15,710 bases of DNA from a virus. Its lineage: Duplodnaviria > Heunggongvirae > Uroviricota > Caudoviricetes. Numbering within the stretch: the stretch's first letter is position 1; each line of letters starts with the position of its first letter. Below the pieces are notes generated by a model. It had not been told where the DNA came from, searched no databases, and saw nothing but the letters and a program-made list of their open reading frames with translations. This document shows positions 1 to 6,138 of the stretch, one piece after another. A program made the position numbers and the translations under genes. Location of the stretch: IMG/VR virus record IMGVR_UViG_2778261360_000006; one strand, 5' to 3'.

Positions 1-55
1 TTGTGATTATGGCCTCCGGTTATTTCATCGGTCAGATACGCTGGTGGTGAAATGA
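1..55 (+). CDS. 3' end of an upstream lysis gene (probably the endolysin), partial; stop TGA at 53-55 overlaps the Rz ATG as ATGA
   Basis: Frame 2 is open from the window edge to TGA 53-55, and the ATGA overlap with Rz is typical translational coupling. Position immediately before Rz matches the lambdoid lysis cassette order. Too short to identify the family. Confidence 0.3.
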   Translation, partial: CDYGLRLFHRSDTLVVK

Positions 56-516
56 ACCGCGTACTGTGCGTGGTCATTATTGCCCTGCTGGTGGCCTGTG
101 GTGCGCTTAGTCTGGGGCTGAATCATTACCGTGATAACGCCATTACCTACAAAGCCCAGCGCGACAAAAATGTCAGAGAACTGAAGCTGGCGAACGCGGC
201 AATTACTGACATGCAGATGCGTCAGCGTGATGTTGCTGCGCTCGATGCAAAATACACGAAGGAGTTAGCTGATGCGAAAGCTGAAAATGATGCTCTGCGT
301 GATGATGTTGCCGCTGGTCGTCGTCGGTTGTACATCAAAGCAGTCTGTCAGTCAGTGCGTGAAGCCACCACCGCCTCCGGCGTGGATAATGCAGCTTCCC
401 CCCGACTGGCAGACACCGCTGAACGGGATTATTTCACCCTCAGAGCGCGACTGATAATAATGCAAAAACAACTTGAAGGGGCACAGCTATACATTCGAGA
501 GCAATGCCTCAGATAA
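52..516 (+). CDS. Rz: Rz i-spanin (inner-membrane spanin subunit)
   Basis: 154-aa ORF. Translation from [17 protein letters not shown] onward is nearly identical to lambda Rz as I recall it; N-terminal hydrophobic transmembrane segment present; Rz1 is embedded in the +1 frame. Confidence 0.95.
   Translation: MNRVLCVVIIALLVACGALSLGLNHYRDNAITYKAQRDKNVRELKLANAAITDMQMRQRDVAALDAKYTKELADAKAENDALRDDVAAGRRRLYIKAVCQSVREATTASGVDNAASPRLADTAERDYFTLRARLIIMQKQLEGAQLYIREQCLR
272..454 (+). CDS. Rz1: Rz1 o-spanin, outer-membrane lipoprotein, embedded within Rz in another frame
   Basis: 60-aa [27 protein letters not shown]... with lipoprotein signal and lipobox (LVVVG-C), proline-rich PPPPP core; near-identical to remembered lambda Rz1 and located wholly inside Rz. 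Confidence 0.9.
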   Translation: MRKLKMMLCVMMLPLVVVGCTSKQSVSQCVKPPPPPAWIMQLPPDWQTPLNGIISPSERD

Positions 517-786
517 AAACCGGCCAAGGATAATCCGCTGAAGATTCGCCGGTGGCTAAAGTGTGCCAAGAGTTCAATTTACGCAATTACTCCTGTCGAT
601 GCTATGCACCGTCTTTGTGAAGTCAATGGATACCTGATTTATTTCTGTGCGCTGTATCGTCGCTGTACTCTTGCATTAATTATGACTGTAGCCTGACTGG
701 GAACTCCTTCTGCACAAGTGTGGGGGAATAATCAAAAACGGTGCACACCGGGGTTACCGGGTACACATATTTCATCATGCCAGCGA

Positions 787-815
787 GTCCGGTTCTGGCA
801 CGGAAGAAACCGGAC
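787..815. terminator. Hairpin (8-bp stem GTCCGGTT / AACCGGAC, 13-nt loop) immediately 3' of the minus-strand 136-aa gene; possible weak or bidirectional terminator
   Basis: Perfect inverted repeat at 787-794 and 808-815 read directly from the sequence; flanking U-tract is weak on both strands, so terminator function is uncertain. Confidence 0.25.
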
Positions 816-823
816 GTTATGAT

Positions 824-1234
824 TTAGTGCGGAAATATTTGTGTAGTGTTCTGAATGTTCTCAGTAAAGAGTAATGAATTATCAAAGGTATAGTAATACC
901 TTTTGTTTTCGTGGATATTTGTAATCCATCTGAAAACCCCTGCTGTAGCAAGATTTTTCCTGTATTCGTAAAATGATAACTCTCCTGATTTGAATCCTTT
1001 TAAGGTGGCTTCTATAAGGCATTTATTTTTTGAAAATCTTACATTTACAACCTTACCCTGTCCTTTTATTAAAACCGTATTATCGTTTTCAAGAACAAGA
1101 TGAATATTCTCTGTGGCTAAATAGTAAATGTAATGTGAGACATTGTGACGTTTTAGTTCAGAATAAAACCAGTGATAGTTTAAATTATTTCGCACTTTAT
1201 CGAATATTTGTTTAAAAATGGCAACCTGAGCCAT
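824..1234 (-). CDS. Hypothetical protein, 136 aa from the SD-supported start at 1234 (ORF track extends to 1249); AT-rich moron gene, possibly DUF1398 / YbcV-YdfO-like prophage protein
   Basis: Long ORF in an otherwise non-coding, visibly AT-rich stretch. GGAAGG Shine-Dalgarno 7 nt upstream of the ATG at 1234. Family assignment is only by recollection of size and position of ybcV in E. coli DLP12 (between lysis genes and the Nu1 homolog); not verified. Confidence 0.65.
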   Translation of the reverse strand: MAQVAIFKQIFDKVRNNLNYHWFYSELKRHNVSHYIYYLATENIHLVLENDNTVLIKGQGKVVNVRFSKNKCLIEATLKGFKSGELSFYEYRKNLATAGVFRWITNIHENKRYYYTFDNSLLFTENIQNTTQIFPH

Positions 1235-1291
1235 TGTAGTACCTTCCATGTGATATGAGGGGGCGTAGTCTGCACGATTATCTAAATTGCT

Positions 1292-1525
1292 TCAATCTGG
1301 TCTGACCTGTTTTCTGAGCAATTCAGTAATGTCACTCTTTTCTTTGTTTGCTTCAGGCGAAACTCTTTTTTCTGAGCACAGTCTCCGGCGGCAGGCTTCA
1401 ATGACCCAGGCTGAGAAATTCCCGGAACCTTTTTGAACAAGAGCGATGTTAATTTGTTCAATCATTTGGTTAGGAAAGCGGATGTTGCGGGTTGTTGTTC
1501 TGCGGGTTCTGTTCTTCGTTGACAT
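1292..1525 (-). CDS. Small ribbon-helix-helix (CopG/Arc/MetJ-like) DNA-binding protein, 77 aa; upstream gene of the minus-strand cassette
   Basis: Translation has a basic N-terminal tail (TRRTTTR), putative beta-strand NIRFP, helix NQMIEQINIALVQKG, G-S-G-N turn, helix FSAWVIEACRRRL: the canonical RHH layout. Same strand as and 57 nt upstream of the 136-aa gene. Shine-Dalgarno is weak. Confidence 0.55.
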   Translation of the reverse strand: MSTKNRTRRTTTRNIRFPNQMIEQINIALVQKGSGNFSAWVIEACRRRLCSEKRVSPEANKEKSDITELLRKQVRPD

Positions 1526-1694
1526 GAGGTTGCCCTGTATTCAGTGTCGCTGATTTGTATTGTCTGAAGTTGTTTTTACGTTAAGTTGATGCAGATCAAT
1601 TAATACGATACCTGCGTCATAATTGATTATTTGACGTGGTTTGATGGCCTCCACGCACGTTGTGATATGTAGATGATAATCATTATCGCTTTAC

Positions 1695-1701
1695 GGGTCC
1701 T
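1695..1701 (+). promoter_or_regulatory. cosQ-like element (GGGTCCT) about 25-30 bp upstream of cosN
   Basis: The 34 bp preceding cosN (ttacgggtcctttccggtgatccgacaggttacg) match the lambda right end as I recall it, and lambda cosQ lies in this position. Exact cosQ boundaries are from memory. Confidence 0.45.
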
Positions 1702-1724
1702 TTCCGGTGATCCGACAGGTTACG

Positions 1725-1736
1725 GGGCGGCGACCT
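1725..1736 (+). other. cosN: 12-nt cohesive-end sequence GGGCGGCGACCT (terminase nicking site)
   Basis: Exact match to the lambda 12-nt cohesive end, flanked by lambda-like right-end sequence on the 5' side and followed by CGCG...TTTTC.CTATTTATGA like the lambda left end; located about 215 bp upstream of the Nu1 start. Confidence 0.85.
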
Positions 1737-1952
1737 CGCGCGTTTTCACTATTTATGAGATTTTTTGAGGGGGTGGTTGTTGTTTAATTGTTTGGTATAT
1801 CTAATTGATAAGTAAGGTGAAAATAAAATAAATACAACAACCTTACGATGTGTTTTGATGTCGTCAATGCGAAAAATGTCAATGATATCAAATGGTTTTG
1901 CAAAAACACATGGTTGTTGTTTCGCTTTTTATCGATGACTTATGGAGAGGAG
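1737..1952 (+). promoter_or_regulatory. cosB-like region between cosN and Nu1 with three copies of a GGTTGTTGT(TT) motif (1775-1785 +, 1834-1842 inverted, 1912-1922 +) and an A-rich, likely bent segment (1817-1833)
   Basis: Repeats read directly from the sequence. By analogy with lambda cosB (R3-I1-R2-R1 binding sites for gpNu1 and IHF) these are candidate small-terminase binding elements; the motif differs from lambda R sites. Confidence 0.5.
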
Positions 1953-2459
1953 ATGGCCTTTTTATTGAATAAAAGTGATATGGCCTCCTCCATCGGTATC
2001 TCTGTTCAGGCATTTGATAAATGGGGCGTTCCTCCTGTTGAACGTCGGGGGAGGGAAGTTTTATATGACGTTAAAACTGTACTAGAGATAGATCGCGAGC
2101 GGCGACAACACAATCAGAGAACACCTGATGACGGGGGAGAACTGGAGGAAAGGCTGCTTCGGGCCAGAGCTGAACTGACAGAAGAACAGGCTGTAGCTCA
2201 AAAACTTAAAAATCAGGTAACCGAAGGTAAGCTCATCGATTCAGACTTTTGCGTTTTCGCCCTCAGCAAACTGGCGATGGCATTGTCCAGTACGCTTGAT
2301 TCCATTCCGTTATCCATGCAGCGACAGTTCCCGGATTTAACGCCACGTCATATTGACCATCTGAAAACCCTTATTGCAAAGGGCGCAAATCAGTGTGCGC
2401 GGGCAGGGGATAAATTACCGGATTTGCTGGATGAATATATCAGAGCAACAACTGAATAA
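1953..2459 (+). CDS. nu1: Terminase small subunit (gpNu1-like); start taken at ATG 1953 rather than the ORF-track start 1848
   Basis: Translation from MAFLLNKSDMASSIGISVQAFDKWGVPPVERRGREVLYDV aligns with the lambda Nu1 N-terminal winged-HTH (…IRTIQNWQEQGMPV…GNEVLYD…) and C-terminal region (…LSMQRQFPDL…). GGAGAGGAG Shine-Dalgarno precedes 1953; the 1848 extension would cover cosB repeats. Confidence 0.85.
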   Translation: MAFLLNKSDMASSIGISVQAFDKWGVPPVERRGREVLYDVKTVLEIDRERRQHNQRTPDDGGELEERLLRARAELTEEQAVAQKLKNQVTEGKLIDSDFCVFALSKLAMALSSTLDSIPLSMQRQFPDLTPRHIDHLKTLIAKGANQCARAGDKLPDLLDEYIRATTE

Positions 2460-4359
2460 TATGGTGGCCGCCGTTTCGGTTGCGCTGCAGCCTCTGGTCA
2501 GGGTTGTACCGATGACGGCAGTTGAATGGGCTGACCAGTATTATTATCTGCCGAAAGAATCCTCATACGGTGACGGCGAATGGAAAACGCTGCCGTTCCA
2601 GATCGCCATCATGAACAGTATGGGGAATGATCAGATCCGCACTGTTAATCTGATTAAATCTGCCCGTGTTGGCTATACAAAGATGTTGCTGGGAGTCGCC
2701 GGGTATTTTATTGAGCATAAATCCCGAAACAGTCTGCTTTTTCAGCCCACGGATTCTGCCGCTGAAGATTTTATGAAGTCTCACGTGGAGGCGACGATTC
2801 GGGACGTGCCATGCCTGAAAGATCTTTCCCCGTGGCTGGGTCGTAAACATCGTGGTAATACCCTCACGCTGAAACGCTTTTCATCGGGGGGGGGCTTCTG
2901 GTGCCTGGGTGGTGCGGCAGCAAAAAACTACCGTGAAAAATCCGTGGACGTGGTCTGCTATGACGAACTTTCCTCGTTCGAGCCGGATGTCGAAAAAGAG
3001 GGCTCGCCAACCCTGCTGGGGGATAAGCGTATTGAGGGCTCGGTATGGCCAAAATCCATTCGCGGCTCGACGCCTAAAATAAAAGGCTCCTGCCAGATCG
3101 AAAAAGCGGCCAACGAGTCGGCGCATTTCATGCGTTTTTATGTGCCCTGCCCGCACTGTGGGGAGGCGCAGTATCTGAAATTTGGCGATGAGTCCACGCC
3201 TTTTGGCCTTAAATGGGAGAAGGACAGCCCCGAAAGCGTTTTCTACCTCTGTGAACATCATGGCTGCGTGATCCATCAGTCTGAGCTTGACCAGAGCAAC
3301 GGGCGGTGGATCTGTGAAAACACGGGCATGTGGACCCGTGACGGTCTGACGTTTTTCAGCGCTGCGGGTAATGAAATTCCGCCGCCGCGCTCCATCACTT
3401 TCCATATCTGGACGGCGTACAGTCCGTTCACCACCTGGGTACAGATTGTCTATGACTGGCTGGATGCACTGAAAGATCCCAACGGCCTGAAAACCTTTGT
3501 GAACACCACGCTGGGCGAGACCTGGGAAGAGGCCGTGGGCGAAAAAATCGATCACCAGGTACTGATGGATAAGGTTGTGCGTTACACGGCGGCGGTGCCT
3601 GCCCGGGTGGTTTATCTGACGGCGGGCATTGACTCGCAGCGAAACCGTTTTGAGATGTATGTCTGGGGATGGGCTCCGGGAGAGGAAGCCTTTCTGGTGG
3701 ATAAAATCATCATTATGGGGCGTCCCGATGAGGAAGAGACGCTGTTACGTGTGGATGCGGCGATCAACAAAAAATACCGCCATGCAGACGGAACCGAAAT
3801 GACCATTTCCCGTGTCTGCTGGGACACCGGGGGGATCGATGGCGAAATTGTCTATCAGAGGTCAAAAAAACACGGTGTTTTCCGGGTGCTGCCGGTAAAA
3901 GGTGCATCTGTTTATGGCAAGCCGGTGATCACCATGCCAAAAACCCGCAATCAGCGGGGCGTGTATCTGTGCGAAGTGGGGACGGACACCGCAAAAGAAA
4001 TTCTCTATGCCCGTATGAAAGCCGATCCCACGCCTGTGGATGAAGCCACGTCGTATGCCATCCGTTTTCCTGATGATCCGGAGATTTTTTCGCAGACAGA
4101 GGCGCAGCAACTGGTCGCGGAAGAGCTTGTGGAGAAGTGGGAAAAAGGAAAGATGCGTCTGCTGTGGGATAACAAAAAGCGGCGTAACGAAGCGCTGGAC
4201 TGCCTGGTGTATGCCTACGCGGCATTACGTGTGTCCGTGCAACGCTGGCAGCTTGATCTGGCTGTACTGGCAAAATCCCGGGAAGAAGAGACGACCCGGC
4301 CAACCCTTAAAGAACTGGCAGCGAAGCTGTCCGGAGGAGTGAATGGTTACAGTCGCTGA
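2431..4359 (+). CDS. A: Terminase large subunit (gpA-like), 642 aa; start at ATG 2431 (MNISEQQ…), overlapping the Nu1 3' end by 29 nt
   Basis: Strong colinear similarity to lambda gpA throughout (TAVEWAD..YYLPKES, FWCLGG..AKNYREKSVDV, GDKRIEGSVWPKSIRGSTPK, WTAYSPFTTWVQIV, FVNTTLGETWE, KKRRNEALDC). Lambda gpA also begins MNIS…; the ORF-track start 2374 is an in-frame upstream extension. Confidence 0.95.
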   Translation: MNISEQQLNNMVAAVSVALQPLVRVVPMTAVEWADQYYYLPKESSYGDGEWKTLPFQIAIMNSMGNDQIRTVNLIKSARVGYTKMLLGVAGYFIEHKSRNSLLFQPTDSAAEDFMKSHVEATIRDVPCLKDLSPWLGRKHRGNTLTLKRFSSGGGFWCLGGAAAKNYREKSVDVVCYDELSSFEPDVEKEGSPTLLGDKRIEGSVWPKSIRGSTPKIKGSCQIEKAANESAHFMRFYVPCPHCGEAQYLKFGDESTPFGLKWEKDSPESVFYLCEHHGCVIHQSELDQSNGRWICENTGMWTRDGLTFFSAAGNEIPPPRSITFHIWTAYSPFTTWVQIVYDWLDALKDPNGLKTFVNTTLGETWEEAVGEKIDHQVLMDKVVRYTAAVPARVVYLTAGIDSQRNRFEMYVWGWAPGEEAFLVDKIIIMGRPDEEETLLRVDAAINKKYRHADGTEMTISRVCWDTGGIDGEIVYQRSKKHGVFRVLPVKGASVYGKPVITMPKTRNQRGVYLCEVGTDTAKEILYARMKADPTPVDEATSYAIRFPDDPEIFSQTEAQQLVAEELVEKWEKGKMRLLWDNKKRRNEALDCLVYAYAALRVSVQRWQLDLAVLAKSREEETTRPTLKELAAKLSGGVNGYSR

Positions 4360-4549
4360 ACTGCAGGCGCTGCGTCAGGCGCGCCTTGATTTATTAACCG
4401 GTAAACGGGTGGTGTCTGTCCAGAAAGATGGTCGCAGAATTGAATATACGGCGGCTTCTCTGGATGAGCTTAACCGGGCGATCAATGATGCGGAGTCGGT
4501 ACTGGGGACAACCCGGCGTCGCCGTCGTCCGCTGGGAGTGAGGTTATGA
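4343..4549 (+). CDS. W: Head-tail joining / head completion protein gpW-like (68 aa)
   Basis: Size and sequence (…LLTGKRVVSVQKDGRRIEYTAASL…RRRR) resemble lambda gpW; GGAGGAG Shine-Dalgarno; overlaps the A stop and is coupled to B by ATGA at 4546-4549. Confidence 0.9.
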   Translation: MVTVAELQALRQARLDLLTGKRVVSVQKDGRRIEYTAASLDELNRAINDAESVLGTTRRRRRPLGVRL

Positions 4550-6138
4550 AACGAACGCCTGTCCTGATTGATGTGAACGGCGTTCCGCTTCGGGAGAGCC
4601 TCAGCTACAACGGTGGCGGTGCAGGATTTGGCGGGCAAATGGCAGAGTGGTTGCCACCCTCGCAGAGTGCCGATGCGGCCCTGCTGCCCGCGTTGCGTCT
4701 GGGGAATGCCCGTGCAGATGATCTGGTGCGCAATAACGGAATAGCGGCCAATGCGGTGGCCCTGCATAAGGATCACATTGTCGGGCATATGTTTCTGATT
4801 AGCTACCGTCCGAACTGGCGCTGGCTGGGGATGCGGGAGACCGCGGCAAAAAGTTTTGTCGATGAGGTGGAGGCGGCCTGGTCAGAATACGCAGAAGGGA
4901 TGTTTGGTGAGATCGACGTGGAAGGGAAACGCACGTTTACGGAATTTATCCGTGAAGGTGTGGGCGTTCATGCGTTTAACGGCGAAATCTTTGTGCAGCC
5001 GGTCTGGGATACGGAGAGTACGCAACTGTTTCGTACGCGTTTTAAAGCCGTGAGTCCGAAACGGGTGGACACGCCAGGACACGGTATGGGGAACCGTTTT
5101 CTGCGGGCCGGGGTGGAGGTCGATCGATATGGCCGTGCCGTTGCGTACCATATCTGTGAGGATGATTTTCCTCGCTCCGGGAGTGGACGATGGGAACGGA
5201 TCCCGCGTGAACTTCCCACCGGGCGTCCGGCCATGCTGCATATTTTCGAGCCGGTGGAGGACGGGCAGACCCGTGGGGCCAACCAGTTTTACAGCGTCAT
5301 GGAACGGCTGAAGATGCTCGATTCCCTGCAGGCAACACAGCTTCAGTCGGCCATTGTGAAGGCGATGTATGCAGCGACGATTGAAAGTGACCTTGATACC
5401 GAAAAGGCCTTTGAATATATCGCCGGTGCGCCGCAGGGGCAGAAGGATAATCCGCTTATTAATATTCTGGAGAAGTTCTCCAGCTGGTATGACACGAATA
5501 ACGTGACGCTGGGTGGTGTCAAAATTCCGCACCTTTTCCCCGGTGATGATCTGAAACTTCAGACCGCGCAGGATTCAGACAATGGATTTTCGGCGCTTGA
5601 ACAGGCGCTGCTGCGGTATATCGCCGCCGGTCTTGGCGTTTCCTACGAACAGTTGTCCCGTGATTACTCGAAGGTCAGTTACTCAAGTGCCCGCGCATCC
5701 GCCAATGAGTCGTGGCGCTATTTTATGGGGCGGCGAAAATTTATTGCGTCCCGGCTGGCCACGCAGATGTTTTCCTGCTGGCTGGAAGAGGCACTTCTTC
5801 GGGGGATTATTCGTCCGCCACGGGCACGGTTTGATTTTTATCAGGCGCGATCAGCCTGGTCACGGGCTGAGTGGATTGGAGCCGGAAGAATGGCCATTGA
5901 CGGGCTCAAGGAGGTTCAGGAATCAGTGATGCGCATTGAGGCCGGACTGAGCACGTATGAGAAAGAGCTGGCGCTGATGGGCGAGGATTATCAGGACATT
6001 TTCCGCCAGCAGGTCAGGGAATCTGCAGAGCGGGAAAAAGCCGGACTCTCACGTCCGGTGTGGATAGCGCAGGCGTATCAGCAGCAGATAGCGGAGAGTC
6101 GCAGGCCGGAAGAGGAGACAACACCCCGTGAGACGTAA
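4546..6138 (+). CDS. B: Portal protein (gpB-like), 530 aa
   Basis: Length and position match lambda gpB (533 aa); follows W and precedes the head protease as in lambda. Confidence 0.93.
   Translation: MKRTPVLIDVNGVPLRESLSYNGGGAGFGGQMAEWLPPSQSADAALLPALRLGNARADDLVRNNGIAANAVALHKDHIVGHMFLISYRPNWRWLGMRETAAKSFVDEVEAAWSEYAEGMFGEIDVEGKRTFTEFIREGVGVHAFNGEIFVQPVWDTESTQLFRTRFKAVSPKRVDTPGHGMGNRFLRAGVEVDRYGRAVAYHICEDDFPRSGSGRWERIPRELPTGRPAMLHIFEPVEDGQTRGANQFYSVMERLKMLDSLQATQLQSAIVKAMYAATIESDLDTEKAFEYIAGAPQGQKDNPLINILEKFSSWYDTNNVTLGGVKIPHLFPGDDLKLQTAQDSDNGFSALEQALLRYIAAGLGVSYEQLSRDYSKVSYSSARASANESWRYFMGRRKFIASRLATQMFSCWLEEALLRGIIRPPRARFDFYQARSAWSRAEWIGAGRMAIDGLKEVQESVMRIEAGLSTYEKELALMGEDYQDIFRQQVRESAEREKAGLSRPVWIAQAYQQQIAESRRPEEETTPRET

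Noticed and set aside
517-560. Imperfect hairpin (ACCGGC…GCCGGT) just after the Rz stop as a possible terminator
   Set aside because: Short stem, 23-nt loop and no U-tract; late transcription must read through this region to reach cos and the head genes in the concatemer, so a strong terminator is not expected.
604-696. 30-aa Cys-rich small ORF (MHRLCEVNGYLIYFCALYRRCTLALIMTVA) in the Rz-to-cassette intergenic region
   Set aside because: Very short, no convincing SD, no recognisable motif; cannot be supported from sequence alone.
1030-1215. 61-aa ORF on the + strand overlapping the minus-strand 136-aa gene
   Set aside because: Fully antisense to a longer ORF with an SD; AT-rich DNA produces frequent short spurious ORFs; no SD.
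1848-1952. ORF-track N-terminal extension of the small terminase (MCFDVVNAKN…), starting at 1848
   Set aside because: The extension lacks an SD and would overlay the cosB repeat elements; homology to lambda Nu1 begins at the ATG at 1953, which has a strong GGAGAGGAG SD.
2374-2430. ORF-track N-terminal extension of terminase large subunit (MQRAQISVRGQGINYRICW…)
   Set aside because: Lies inside the Nu1 coding region in another frame; lambda gpA begins MNIS…, matching the ATG at 2431.
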